Counted from the first letter of the whole stretch, positions 1 through 12,734 are shown. The stretch is DNA of 63,932 bases, filler included, from Licmophora abbreviata (GCA_900291995.1; 22 parts of 22 records of this genome joined end to end with filler, not necessarily neighbours in it), one strand, 5' to 3'. A program made the numbers and translations. Notes: generated by a model from the letters alone, not told the origin.

Positions 1-85
1 GCATGAGGGATCCGTGCTTGCGGAGGGCAGTCTGGACCATGTCACGAAAAACCAGGAGGTGATCGATGTCTATCTGGGGCGGTGA
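1..85 (+). CDS. urtD: Urea ABC transporter ATP-binding subunit, 3' end (partial)
   Basis: Frame from base 2 reads HEGSVLAEGSLDHVTKNQEVIDVYLGR*, a typical UrtD C-terminus, directly upstream of urtE. Confidence 0.75.
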   Translation, partial: HEGSVLAEGSLDHVTKNQEVIDVYLGR

Positions 86-88
86 CAT

Positions 89-784
89 ATGCTGAGCGTC
101 GATGACCTGACCTTGCATTACGGGGCCTCGCAAATCCTGCATGGTGTCAGCCTGCAGGCGCGCCCGGGCGCCGTGACGGCGGTGATGGGCACCAATGGCG
201 TGGGCAAGACCAGTCTGCTCAAGGCAATCGCCGGGCGGCACCCCTATAGCGGGGGACGCATCGTGCTGGACGGAACCGAGCTGGATCGCTTCGGTGCAGT
301 CCAGGCGGCGAAACACGGGATCGCTTATGTTCCCCAGGGCCGTGAGATATTTCCACTCCTTACCGTGACCGAGAATTTGCAGACCGGTTTTGCCTGCCTC
401 CCGAAGTCCGAGCAACGGATACCCGAGCGCATTTATGGTCTTTTCCCGGTGCTTGCGCAGATGAGGGACCGGCGAGGTGGCGATCTGTCGGGTGGCCAGC
501 AACAACAGCTTGCCATCGCACGCGCCCTGATCACCCAGCCGCGCGTTCTGCTTCTGGACGAACCCACCGAAGGCATCCAGCCCAACATCATCAAACAGAT
601 TGGCGAGGTCATCCGCCTTTTGCGCAATGAGGGCAAGATCGCGATCGTACTTGTCGAACAGTTCTTCGATTTTGCCTATGATCTGGCCGACGATATTGTC
701 GTGCTGAACCGGGGGGTGGTCCGTCTGTCGGAACCGGCGGCCGACGTGGAGCGTGACAGGTTGCTGCGAGAAGTGTCTATCTGA
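89..784 (+). CDS. urtE: Urea ABC transporter ATP-binding subunit
   Basis: Walker A GTNGVGKT, signature LSGGQQQQLAIARAL, LLDEPTEGIQPNII characteristic of UrtE. Confidence 0.88.
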   Translation: MLSVDDLTLHYGASQILHGVSLQARPGAVTAVMGTNGVGKTSLLKAIAGRHPYSGGRIVLDGTELDRFGAVQAAKHGIAYVPQGREIFPLLTVTENLQTGFACLPKSEQRIPERIYGLFPVLAQMRDRRGGDLSGGQQQQLAIARALITQPRVLLLDEPTEGIQPNIIKQIGEVIRLLRNEGKIAIVLVEQFFDFAYDLADDIVVLNRGVVRLSEPAADVERDRLLREVSI

Positions 785-1262
785 GCAGTGTCGCAATGGC
801 ATGCCATTTGCGTTTCGTGCTGGCCCAATGCTCGATATTTTCGCACAGGTCTCGCGCCTGCATTGGCTAGGGCACTGAGTGCATTACGTGCCTTGAATGA
901 GCCTGTTTCCGCCAGAGGGCGGACGTTATCCCCATATATTGGATTGTTTGTGTTCCACGTATCATGCGTTTGCATCGACGAGCCTGAGACCGAGTGACAT
1001 CGATTTGGCGGCTATTTGAAGCGTGAGTGTGAAAAATATCTACGTTTCACGCTTCAGACCGTTCATCGGCCGGCTTACGTTGGGTAACCTAGCCTTATGG
1101 TTATAAATCTCTTTTCCTAATTGCATTCTCAAAAGAGAATAAGTTATCTCAAACGATTGTATGGCTTGGGCTATTTCAGGCCATAAGTCGTGTGGGTTGC
1201 GACATCCAATGGTCGCAAGTTTGTCTCCACCGTGTGAAGTAACGAGTGCAAGGACTGCGTAA

Positions 1263-4200
1263 ATGCTTGATAATTCTGTGATCCGTCTGGAAGTTCGTTC
1301 GGGTGCCGTTTCGGTTATTCCCGCGCAGAAATACCAAGTGTACGACAGTGTAACGGTCATTGACGGGTCAGGTAGCCTCGGCGAGCAGCCCTATGTAGCG
1401 GTCCGGCAAGGCAATGACCTTGTCCTGCTTTATGCGGATGGCACCGAGGTCGTTCTTCAGGNNNNNNNNNNNNNNNNNNNNNNNNNNNNNNNNNNNNNNN
1501 NNNNNTTAATTAATTAANNNNNNNNNNNNNNNNNNNNNNNNNNNNNNNNNNNNNNNNNNNNCGACGGCACCCGAGGCGCCGAGCCAGGTGGTCACGCCGA
1601 ATGACGATGGCACGCTGAGCGTGTCAGGCACGGGTGAGCCCGGCTCGACGGTAACGACCGAGTTCCCGGATGGAAGCACCGCCACGGCCACTGTCCTTTC
1701 CGATGGCAGCTACGGGCCGATCACCTCGGCAGCGCCGCAGACGACGGGTGAAGTATCTTCGACGCAGACCGACGAGGCTGGCAACACGTCTGATCCGCAA
1801 AGCGAGACGGTGACGGATGAGACCGCGCCGCTTGCGCCTTCGCATGATGTGACCACGAATGACGATGGCACGCTGAGCGTGTCGGGTACGGGTGAGCCCG
1901 GCTCGACCGTGACGACGACCTTCCCGGATGGGACCACCGGCACGGCGCTCGTGGCGGAGGACGGCAGCTATGGGCCGATCACGTCGGAGACGCCGCAGAC
2001 GACGGGGACCGTGTCTTCGACGCAGACCGACGAGGCTGGTAACACGTCGCCTGTGACGACCGAGGCCTACACCGACACCACGGCGCCGACCGCCCCGACC
2101 ATCGACACGCCGACGCCGAACGAGGATGGCACCTTGTCGGTCTCCGGCACGGGCGAGCCCGGGTCGACGGCGACGGTGCGCTTCCCTGACGGGACCATCG
2201 GCGCGGCTGTTGTCGGTCCGGATGGGACCTTTGGCCCGATCACCTCGTCTGCGCCGCAGACCTCTGGTGATGTGACGGCGACCCAGACCGATGGCGCGGG
2301 CAATGTCTCGCCCACAGCGACCGTGCCCTTCTCCGACGAGGTCGGCCCGCAGCCGCCGGTTCTTGGAGCCATCGAGCAGACCCTGGATGGGACGCTTTCG
2401 GTGTCCGGCACGGGTGAGCCCGGCGCCATCGCCACCGTGACCTTCCCCGATGGCAGCACGGGCACCACGACGGTTCGTCCTGATGGCTCTTTCGGCCCGG
2501 TGACCTCTGACGCACCGCAGACGGATGGCACTGTGTCGGCCATTCAGACGGATGAGGCGGGCAACCCGTCCGAGGCTGACACGGCTGAGTTTGACGATGG
2601 GCAGGCCCCGCTTGCGCCAGGCAACCTTGTCGCCACGTCCAATGAAGATGGCACGATCGATGTGAGCGGCACGGGCGAGCCCGGCTCCACCGCGACCGTG
2701 ACCTTCCCGGATGGGACAAGTGCGACCGCGCTGGTCGAGGCCGATGGCACGTTTGGCCCGGTGACCTCGGCTGCGCCGCAGACCACGGGGACCGTCTCGG
2801 CCACGCAGACCGATGAGGCGGGCAATACCTCTGCTCCCGCGGCGACGGAGGCCTATTTCGACGAGACGCCGCCGCTGCCGGTCAACCTGATCGTGACCCC
2901 GAATGACGACGGCACGATCGATGTGAGCGGCACGGGTGAGCCCGGCGCCACCGCGACCGTGATCTTCCCGGACGGCACGTCCGCAACCACGACGATCGGC
3001 GATGATGGCGCGTTCGGCCCGGTGACCTCAGAGGCGCCGCAGACGACGGGGACCGTCTCGGCCACGCAGACGGATGAGGCGAACAATGTCTCCGAGCCGT
3101 CGACCGAAGACTATGTGGACACGAACGAGCCGCTGAACCCGACCATCGATCCGGTCACGCCGAATGACGACGGCACGCTGTCGATCTCCGGCACGGGCGA
3201 GCCGGGTGCGACCATGACCGTGTTCTTCCCCGACGGCACGACGGCCACCGCGCTGGTTGAGGCCGATGGCAGCTATGGCCCGGTGACCTCGGAGGCGCCG
3301 CAGACCTCGGGTGACGTGATCGTGAACCAGGCCGATGAGGCCGGCAACCAGTCGGAAGACGTTGTCTCGGCCTACACGGACGAGACCGCGCCGCTTGAAC
3401 CCTTCCTCGATCCGGCGAGGCAGAACCAGGACGGCACCTTGTCCGTTTCGGGCACCGGTGAGCCGGGATCGACCGTTCAGGTCACCTTCCCCGATGGCAC
3501 CGTGGGCAATGCGCTGGTCGATGACAGCGGCGATTTCGGCCCGGTGATCTCGGCAGCGCCGCAGACCAGCGGCGAGGTATCCGCGACCCAGACCGACGAG
3601 GCCGGCAACACCTCCGCCCGGGCGACCGAAGACTATAGCGACANNNNNNNNNNNNNNNNNNNNNNNNNNNNNNNNNNNNNNNNNNNNTTAATTAATTAAN
3701 NNNNNNNNNNNNNNNNNNNNNNNNNNNNNNNNNNNNNNNNNNNCGGATGCGGCGGGCAACACCTCGGTGCCGCAGAGCGAGACGGTGACGGATGGGACGG
3801 CGCCGCTGGCGCCTTCGCAGGATGTGACGCCGAATGACGATGGCACGCTGAGCGTGTCGGGCACGGGTGAGCCTGGCTCCACCGTGACGACCGTGTTCCC
3901 CGACGGGACCTCCGGCACGGCGCTCGTGGCGGAGGACGGCAGCTATGGGCCGATCACGTCGGCAGCGCCGCAGACGACGGGTGAAGTGTCCTCGACGCAG
4001 ACCGATGCAGCCGGCAACACGTCTGAGCCGCAAAGCGAGACGGTGACGGATGAGACGGCGCCGCTTGCGCCGACTGCAAGTTCTGTCATGGATAGCAGCA
4101 CTGGAGCTATCACAACGACAGGAACTGCGGAGCCCGGTTCGATTGTGACGGTGACATTCCCAGATGGGACCTCCGAAACGGCCACCGCAGCACCGGATGG

Positions 4201-7200
4201 CAGTTACTCGGTGACCTCTGGTCCAGACCAGCCTTCGGGCAATGTCATGACGACGGCCACGGATGAGGCTGGCAACATATCCGATCCGGATACCGACCCG
4301 ATCGTTGAAAACGTGCCGCCTGCGGCGCCCACCATCAATCCCGGCATCACTGATCAGGCCAATACGGTCAGCGGGACCGGTGAGCCTGGCGCGACGGTGA
4401 CGGTGCTTGACGCCGGGAGCAACGTGATCGGCACCGCGAGTGTCTGGACCGACGGCACATGGTCTTTCGTGGCCGATCCGGCCGTGGCGGACGGGGCGGT
4501 GTTGACGGCGACGCAGGAAGATGCGGCGGGCAATGTCAGCCTATCCTCGGGCAATGTCACGACCTTCACCGATACGGATGGGGATGGCACGTCGAATCTG
4601 AACAGTGCCGACGATGACGGGGACGGGATTTCGGACGCAGTTGAAGCGGCGACGGAATCGGAGTCGGTCATCAGCTATCCCGCGCAAACTGTGCCTTTGA
4701 ACATGAGCATCGGGTCACCGACTCCGGGTTATACGAGCGGTACGACGACCGACAATTCCTCGGGAAGCCTGATCGACATCACGGCGGTTGCCCCCGGTGA
4801 GAGCGGGACCGGCACGACGACGACAGCGCTTGGCACGGGGACAATCTCGCGCTTCAACTACAAGGCAAATGTTGTCGGGGGCGAGACAGTCGAGGACCTG
4901 ACCATCGGGATCGCAATCGGATCTTTCGATGACGGCCTATACGTCGAGATTGATGGCACTGTGATCGTGGATTTCACTGGTCGCGATTACCAAAGCTTGC
5001 CCAGCATGTTGGATTACAACAGCGACGGCAATGCTGATGACTTCGGATTTGCTTGGGCGCCGTTCCGCGGCGAAGGCGACCCTGAACTGGTGGTGGATTT
5101 GGCCAATAGCACAGTTCAATTGCTGGTCACAGAAACCGACGGTATCACGCGGTCCGATATTTTTGCCGCAATGCTTGCCGACGGGTTTGATGCCACACCC
5201 AATGACGTGCCGGAAGTGGATGCGACGAGTCCGGAGGGGGTGACGATCGGAACGGGTTTCCGGAACGCGAACATCAATTCTGGCGATGGCGGGAACATCA
5301 GTGAGCAGACCATCACTGTCACCGGGCGGTTTGCCGGTGCCGATGATGTCGATGGTGATGTCGTGGCCGGTACGAGCGTGTTGATCGAGAACTGGGTCGA
5401 CATCGACAGCGACAACGATCGGGTCTGGGACAAGTACGACGGCACAGCCGATAGCGATGGCGATGGTGTGTCTGATTACCGCGATCCAGATAGCGACAAT
5501 GACGGCACGCTTGACGGTGTGCAGGCCAGCCTGAACCAAGCGCAGGTCAACGCCCTTGTCGCGGGCGGTACGTATGCGGACCAGTTCATCGTGCTGTCCG
5601 ATGCTGTCACGATGGACTTTACGGCTATTGGTAATACCGCCTTCAGCAATGTCGAGTATATCGACATGAATGAAGGCGCGAACGCGCAGACGGTGACAAT
5701 CGATGCCGACTCGCTGACCGCGATGACCGATGCCGACAATGAGCTGATCATCGTCGGTGACAGTAACGATACGGTCAATGCGATAGGCTTCGTCGATACG
5801 GGCAAGGACCAGTCCATACAGGGGCAGAGGTTCAACATCTACGAGTCGAATGACGCCACTCTGATCATCCGAGATGGAATGACCGTCTCGCTGACCGAGG
5901 AAGGCGCGATCTCTCGCCCGGGCACGCCGAGCCTTGACGCTGGCATCACCGATCAGGCCAATACCGTCAGCGGGACAGGTGATCCGGGGGCAACCGTGAC
6001 GGTGTCCGAAGGCGATATCGTGATCGGCAGCGCCGTTGCCTGGACGGACGGCACGTGGTCTTTCGTGGCGGATAGTCCGATTGCGGACGGGGCAGAGCTG
6101 ACGGTGACGCAATCCTTGGATGGCTTTACGAGTGCTGCATCGACGGTGACCACCTTCACCGATACGGATGGGGATGGTACGGCGAATTCGGTCGTCGACG
6201 ACGCTGACGGGGATCTTGTCACCGATACTGTCGAGGATGAAGCGTTCCGCAACACCACGGGCACTGGAACGAATGACCTGCGCTTCGTGCAATGGGGGAC
6301 GGATTTCGACAATGGCGTGCAGGTGGGTGACATCCAAACCCTTGTCCTGCCGGACGGTTCGGTCGTGACGTTTGAGGTCACGGGTGTCACCAGCTCCGTG
6401 GCGAACGGCACTGACGACAATATTGCCGGGGCCCCAAGCACATTTAGCGGAGCGTTCCTGAACACTCGCTACACATTGCCCGATGGCTCGATCAATGGTC
6501 CTGTCAACGGCACAGATACCTTTACGTTCGCGATCAGTGCCGTCGATGTGTTGGGGAATACCATCAGCCCGACCATCTTCTGGGTCGATTCCGAAGCGAC
6601 CGCCAATGGTACCGAGACGAATGGTGCGACGACCAACGGCGGGAACTGGACGGTGGTCGAGCAGGCAGGATCGCCTGGTGTCAACGGTGTGGGCACACAA
6701 ACCGTAACCGTCACGAACACGAATTTTGATGGTGGTACGGGTGGGGCGATTTACAGCTCGACCAACACAACGGAAGTGACCGTGACCATTCAGGGTAACG
6801 GGGGTGTTCAAGGCTTCTCGCTTGGTGTGGTTGGTAATCCGAACTTCGATTATCAGGACCTTGACCAGGATGGTATCGACAACAGTCTTGATATCGATAC
6901 CGACGGGGATCGGATCTGGGACAAGTATGAGACGGGTAGCGATGCCAACGGGGTTCCGAATTACCGCGATACCGACAGTGACAATAACGGCACGGCAGAT
7001 GGTGTCGAGGAAAGCGTCACAGCGGCGGAAATCACTGCTTTGACCTCTGGAACTGACACGTATGATGAAGGCTACATCCTGCTGAGCGAGCCTGTGACAC
7101 TGGACTTCACGCAGATCAACGATGCCAGGTTCACGGCAGATGTCGAATATATCGACATGAATGATGGCATCCGGCAGGTCGTGACGTTGAATGAAAGCGA

Positions 7201-7390
7201 GGTGATCGCGCTGACGGATGCCGACAATGAGTTGATCATCGTCGGTGACGCCAGCGATGTCGTCAATGCGACCGGGTTCGAAGACACGGGCAAGGACCAG
7301 TCGATCCAGGGGCAGAGCTTCAGCATCTACGAGGCCAATGGCGCCGCATTGTTCATCGACGACGAGATCACCAATATCGTCACGACGTGA
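1263..7390 (+). CDS. Large T1SS-secreted Ig-like repeat adhesin (BapA-like), split by assembly gaps at 1462-1561 and 3644-3743
   Basis: N-terminal BapA-prefix-like motif (VRQGNDLVLLYADGTEVVL); ~85-aa repeats SVSGTGEPGSTVTxTFPDG...QTDEAGN; DxDGDG Ca-binding motifs; directly upstream of TolC/ABC/HlyD genes. Joining of the three pieces is inferred. Confidence 0.82.
1562..4310 (+). repeat. Tandem ~255-bp coding repeats (bacterial Ig-like domains); true copy number unknown
   Basis: Recurrent GGCACGGGTGAGCCCGGC / ACGCAGACCGACGAGGC units; 3744-4070 is nearly identical to units in 1562-2050. Confidence 0.9.
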
Positions 7391-7401
7391 TATGCACCTG
7401 C

Positions 7402-7430
7402 AGGGCGGCCCTTTTACCGGGGGCCGCCCT
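7402..7430 (+). terminator. GC-rich stem-loop after adhesin stop (terminator or mRNA-stabilising hairpin)
   Basis: AGGGCGGCCC-N9-GGGCCGCCCT 12 nt after TGA. Confidence 0.6.
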
Positions 7431-7594
7431 TCGCCATTTCGCGTCTCGTTGACTGAACGCTCGGCGTATCGGCAAGGTGACACGGTCCAGAACTGCGGAA
7501 TAACTGATGGCTTTTGACGGAAGGTCCGTTATTTTTCCTACAAAAATCGCATGGCACGACCGTTGTGAACCATGCGAGGCGTGAGGCGGGTAAA

Positions 7595-9016
7595 ATGGTA
7601 ACAAGTTCGACGGTCTCCGGTCCTCCGTTTCGGTTTTGCGGACAAAGCGGTTTAGGGGTATGTCGTGTCACATGCACTGCGTTGTCTGCCGCTTGGCTTT
7701 TGGCGGGCTGTGTTCCGCAAGATGGCGGATCGGCCCTGTTGGCCGACCCGGCTCACACTGGACAAGACGCCTCTGCGACAGACGATCCGGGTAATGCCGC
7801 GCTGACGGCGACATATGTTCTGAGTGGCGCATATCTCGAAGATTGGCAGCCGGCGCTGCGCAATGACACGGCGATCTCCGAGGTCGCGCTTGAGGCCAAC
7901 CGGATGTCGATTGACCGGTCGCCGACCCTGTTCTTGCTGCGCGCGGCCGAGGCCGAGAGTGCCGCCGAGAAAGCGGCCTGGTTCCCGCGAATACGGCCTA
8001 CGGCTTCGTTGGGGGTCGGATCTACGGGACCGGGCATCGGTATTTCCGTCACCCAGATGATCTATGATTTCAGCCAGACCCGGACCCGCCGGGAAAAGGC
8101 CGAGATTTCGCGCGCCATGACCGAGATCCAGTTCTGGCAGGAGCGCAACGAGGATGTTCGTGACGCGCTGCTGTCCTATGTCGATGCGGTCGAGGCGAAC
8201 GAGATCATCGCCGCGCGCCAGGACCTTGAGCAAAGGCTGATGGAATTGGCCATGCAAGAGGCCGACCGTGTGCAATCGGGTGTGACGGGGCAGGGCGACA
8301 CCCTGTTTCTGGATGTGAGCCGGCAGGAAAACCGGCGCGACATGATCCGGCAACGCGCCAAGCTGACCGACGCGCGTGCCCGTCTCTTGCGCGACGCGGG
8401 GGTCCGGTTGGATCAGGCGCCGCAGTTGCGGTTTGCGGCTTTGTCGGGGGCATGTCAGGCGCCGCAACAGCGCGATCATGCGCCCGATCTGTTGCGGGCG
8501 CGGCTGGCGGTCGAGTTGGCCACGATGTCCGAGCTGGAAGTGCGGAAAAACCTTTTTCCGCGTATCGTGGCGGCAGCCGATCTGACGACCGGGACCGGTG
8601 GGTCACCAGAAGACAACACCCGGATTGCGTTCGAGGGTGGATCTATTGCTGGTGGCGGGGCACGTCTGCGGATCGAGGCGGAAAGACAGAGAACTCTGGC
8701 GGCGGAACGTGGGTTCACGACTGCGCGTCATGACCTGGCCCGCGAGTTGGAACGTTTGGAGATCGACACGCACGCCTTGCGCAACACGCTGCGGGAATAT
8801 GGCGAACTTGTGCAGACCACCGACCGGAGTCTCGCGCTGTTCAAGGATCGGTTTCTGGCCGGTGCCGCATCCGTCGCCGAGGCGGTGCGCCTTGAGGTGG
8901 AGCGTAGTGCCAACCTTGTCGCGATTGCCGAAACGCGCGGCGCGATAGAGCGCAACTGCGTCGAGGCCGCGCGGCTTTACGGGGCGCTTTCTGCGGCTGA
9001 TATCGATCTGGAATGA
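7595..9016 (+). CDS. TolC-family outer membrane efflux protein of T1SS locus 1 (probable lipoprotein)
   Basis: Lipobox LLAGC, OEP-like motifs (WFPRI, QMIYDF, FPRI), ATGA overlap with ABC gene; start codon uncertain. Confidence 0.8.
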   Translation: MVTSSTVSGPPFRFCGQSGLGVCRVTCTALSAAWLLAGCVPQDGGSALLADPAHTGQDASATDDPGNAALTATYVLSGAYLEDWQPALRNDTAISEVALEANRMSIDRSPTLFLLRAAEAESAAEKAAWFPRIRPTASLGVGSTGPGIGISVTQMIYDFSQTRTRREKAEISRAMTEIQFWQERNEDVRDALLSYVDAVEANEIIAARQDLEQRLMELAMQEADRVQSGVTGQGDTLFLDVSRQENRRDMIRQRAKLTDARARLLRDAGVRLDQAPQLRFAALSGACQAPQQRDHAPDLLRARLAVELATMSELEVRKNLFPRIVAAADLTTGTGGSPEDNTRIAFEGGSIAGGGARLRIEAERQRTLAAERGFTTARHDLARELERLEIDTHALRNTLREYGELVQTTDRSLALFKDRFLAGAASVAEAVRLEVERSANLVAIAETRGAIERNCVEAARLYGALSAADIDLE

Positions 9017-11338
9017 ACATGTTTTGGAAGCGCAAGGGACGGGATGCACGGCCGCTGACGTTAGGGCCGTCGAGCCGGATTTCCACAGCGACCGATCTGG
9101 ATCAGATCAGCTTTTCCGATCTTGACCGATCCGCAGCCAGCTACCTGTCGCATCTGGGCCAGCCTGTCACGGTAGATCGTCTGTGGACCGGATTGCCGAG
9201 TGCCGCCAGTGGGATGGATATGGCCTTGCTGGCGCGTGCCTTGGGAAATGTGGGCTACGAGATGTCGCATCACTCGTCGGTGGGCCTGTCGCGTATCGAG
9301 ACCCCCTGCCTTCTGCGCCTGACCGATGGGCGTTATGTTCTGGTCATCGGGCGCGAAAATGACGGCCAGTATTTCGTGGCGGCGGATCCCGCCTCCCAGG
9401 CAAGGGTTCTGGTTGCCCAAGAGCTTCTTGCGGAAAAATACGCTGGCGAAACACTGTCCTTTTTTCCGCGTCTTGATGCCTTGGCCGAGCGCCACGTCGG
9501 ACAGCGCCCCAACAAGCATTGGTTCTGGCGGCATTTCGAACCGATGCGTGGTCAGGTATTCGATGTCGTGCTGGCCTCTGGCTTCGCCAACCTGCTAGCT
9601 GTCGCGGTATCGCTGTTTGCGCTGCAGGTCTATGACAGGGTCGTGCCCAACCAGAACGAGGCGACACTGTGGGTTTTGGCCAGCGGTGCGGCGCTTGCCA
9701 TCGGGTTGGAATTCCTGCTGCGGATATCAAGGGCGCGTCTGATCGACACCGCCGGCCGCGAGATTGAAATTGCCGTGAATCGCGATCTATACGAGCGGTT
9801 GCTCAACATGCGGCTTGATGCGCGGCCCATGCCTCCGGGCTCTTTGGTCAACACCATGCGCGAATTCGCCTCGGTCAAAGAATTCTTTGCGGTCTCTGCC
9901 GTCNNNNNNNNNNNNNNNNNNNNNNNNNNNNNNNNNNNNNNNNNNNNTTAATTAATTAANNNNNNNNNNNNNNNNNNNNNNNNNNNNNNNNNNNNNNNNN
10001 NNNGTCGTTACCGATTTGCCCTTTGTACTGATCTTTTTGTTGGTGATCTACGCCATTGCCGGTCCGCTTGTGGTGATCGTCGCGTTGGGCGCTTTGGTCA
10101 TGATCATCGCTGGTTTGGTTTTCCAATACCGCATTCATGCCCTTTCGCGTGATATGCTTGGTGGAGCGACCGCGGCGCTGCGGCTGTTGACCGAAACCGC
10201 TTATGGGCTTGAAACCTTGCGGAGCCACCGCTTTGCGCCCTTGTTTCAGCGCAATTGGGAAGAGGTGACGACGCTCAACGCTCTTCAAAGCTCACGGCAT
10301 CGACGCCTTTCGGCAGGTCTTTCTTTTCTATCATCCTCGCTTCAGATGCTCACCTATGTCGCTGCGATCACCGGTGGGGTTTATCTGTTCTTCGCGGATG
10401 CCCTGTCTGTTGGCGGCATCATTGCGGTGTCCATTCTAACCAGTCGAACGCTTGCTCCGATTGTGCAATTGTCCGGAATTCTCTCACGTTGGAAATACAC
10501 GACAGCAGCGCTCGAGGCGTTGGAGGTGATCGCTGAGTCGCCGCAGGACCGTGACGCCGCGCGAAGCTATATTCGTAGGACCCAAATTGCAGGTGATCTG
10601 CGGTTGCGCGATATTCGCACCGCCTATCCCGGTGCGGAGGATGTTCAGCTCGTTATCCCCGATCTCAAGCTAAACCCTGGTGCGCGCGTCGCAGTCTTGG
10701 GTGAGAACGGGTCGGGGAAATCCCTGCTTTTGCGGATATTGGCAGGGCTTTATGTCCCCAATCAGGGCAGTTACCTTGTTGATGGCCTTGAGGCACAGCA
10801 GATCGATCCGGACGACCTCCGAAAGGCAGTCGGGTACCTTCCACAGGAGCCACGCCTGTTCAAGGGCACCTTGCGCGAAAACCTGTCGATGGGCGCTTCG
10901 CAAGTCAGTGATACCCGATTGTTCGAGGCCTTGGACTTTGCTGGCTTGGGCAAGTTGGTCGCGTCGACCACCCGAGGGCTCGATCTTGAGATTCATGATG
11001 GTGGCGAGGGGCTTTCGGTGGGTCAGCGAGCCGCTGTTGGGTTGGCCCGATTGCATCTTCAGAACCCCTCGATCGTGCTTCTGGATGAACCAACCGCCGC
11101 CATGGACAGTCGCAGCGAAGCAACATTCGTTGTGCGCTTCAAGGAATGGCTGGCCGAGCGCAGCGCGATCATTTGCACGCACCGCATGCCTTTGATGGAC
11201 GCGGTGGATGAGGTGGTCATCTTGGCGGATGGTCGCATGCTGGCGCATGGGCCAAAAGATGAAATCCTTGCAAAATTCACGCGTGTCGGCGGTGGCGCAC
11301 AAAGCCCTAAACTGCCCGAACCGAGGGTCGCGCAATGA
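9013..11338 (+). CDS. T1SS ABC transporter (C39-like domain + TMD + ATPase), gap at 9904-10003
   Basis: HWFW, LQVYDRVVPN, Walker A GENGSGKS, LSVGQR, LLDEPT. Confidence 0.9.
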
Positions 11339-12519
11339 AATCGTTAGGCGTTATAGACGCGACTGCACCTTCGGTCGCACGGTCCCGAAGTGTCGTGTAT
11401 ATCGTTATCGGCGTCATACTGGTTTTCCTGCTCTGGAGTTATTATGCGCCGCTCAATGCTGTTGTTCGGGGCACTGGCCGGGTCGAACCGCGCGATGCCA
11501 CGCAAAGCATCCAGAATCTCGAGGGTGGCATTGTCCAGTCTATCCTTGTTCGCGAAGGCGACATGGTGACTGCAGGCCAGCTTTTGGCGCAGATGGACGA
11601 CACTGCTTACAGAAGCGCCTATGATGAACTGCTGGGTCGAGAAGCGCTGCTCGAAATGCAGATCCTGCGCCTTCAGGCAGAAGCCAATCCTGAACAGTCC
11701 GCTACCCTTACCATCCCCGAACGCCTTGCTGAACGCGCGCCTCAGGCGGCCCGAACAGAGCAGAGTCTGTTCATTGCCCGGATGGATCAATATCGCGAAA
11801 CGCTTGATGCCTTGTCTCGGATCAAGGCGTCGCGCGATGCCGAGCTGGTTTTGCTCAAGCCCCTTGTCGAACGGGGAGCCATTCCTGAAACCGACCTCAT
11901 ACGGGTGCAGCAATCTGTTCTGATGGTCGCGCAGGAAATAACCGAGCATCGAACAGGCGTTGAAGCAGCGCGGATGCAGGCGCTTTCCGAGCAGCAGGCT
12001 GAACTGGCCCAGATCCGTCAGCAGTTGCGCGTCCGGGCCGCCCAGGTGGAGCGGGCCGAACTGCGTGCGCCCATGGATGGGATCGTCAATCGCGTTGTGG
12101 TCCGTACAGCCGGCGGCGTGATCGCCCCGGGTGGTCCGATCCTCGAAATCATTCCGCTCGACGATGCGTTGGTGGTTGCGGGTCGGATCAAACCGCAGGA
12201 TATCGGACCGGTATTTGTCGGCATGCGGGCAAGCGTCAAATTGACGGCATTTGATTATCGAGACTATGGCAGCCTGGCCGGCGCAGTGGTTCATCTGAGC
12301 GCAGACACGGTGACCGATCCGGAAACCAATGATCCCGAACCCTATTACGAAATCGTGGTCGAACTGGACAGTCAGACCCTGACCGGCCCCAAGGGCGAGG
12401 TCTTCATCCGCCCGGGCATGCAGGCCACAGTCGAGTTGGACGCAGGGCAAAATACCGTCTTCCACTATCTGTTCAATCCGATCCTGCGCGCGAGCGAGGC
12501 GTTTTCCGAACCTGACTGA
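11335..12519 (+). CDS. HlyD-family T1SS membrane fusion protein
   Basis: N-terminal TM, IQNLEGGIV, LRAPMDGIV, IRPGMQATV, YLFNPI. Confidence 0.92.
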   Translation: MKSLGVIDATAPSVARSRSVVYIVIGVILVFLLWSYYAPLNAVVRGTGRVEPRDATQSIQNLEGGIVQSILVREGDMVTAGQLLAQMDDTAYRSAYDELLGREALLEMQILRLQAEANPEQSATLTIPERLAERAPQAARTEQSLFIARMDQYRETLDALSRIKASRDAELVLLKPLVERGAIPETDLIRVQQSVLMVAQEITEHRTGVEAARMQALSEQQAELAQIRQQLRVRAAQVERAELRAPMDGIVNRVVVRTAGGVIAPGGPILEIIPLDDALVVAGRIKPQDIGPVFVGMRASVKLTAFDYRDYGSLAGAVVHLSADTVTDPETNDPEPYYEIVVELDSQTLTGPKGEVFIRPGMQATVELDAGQNTVFHYLFNPILRASEAFSEPD

Positions 12520-12734
12520 ACTTGGTATGGGTTTTGGGGGCTTCCCGTCGAACAGGGCGCGGCGTCAGTGGCCGGTTCGTCGAATACTCAACTTTTTTGC
12601 ACAATGCGTGTTCACAGGCTTTGGCAGGCGCCTGCTTGAGGTCCTGCTACCTGCATGGTCGTGATTTGGAATTGTGGTGATACGGATCCATCACCTTGGC
12701 GTGCCGCGCAAGACCGACAGAGCCCTTAATTGAT

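Noticed and set aside
1562..4310. Regularly spaced repeats as a possible CRISPR array or DGR template
   Set aside because: Repeats are in-frame Ig-domain coding units without unique spacers; no cas or reverse transcriptase gene in the window.
4937..7483. 848-aa minus-strand ORF (similarly 46618-49248 minus, 23412-25193 plus, 11344-12465 minus)
   Set aside because: Antisense shadows of real genes in GC-rich, codon-biased DNA; no recognisable motifs.
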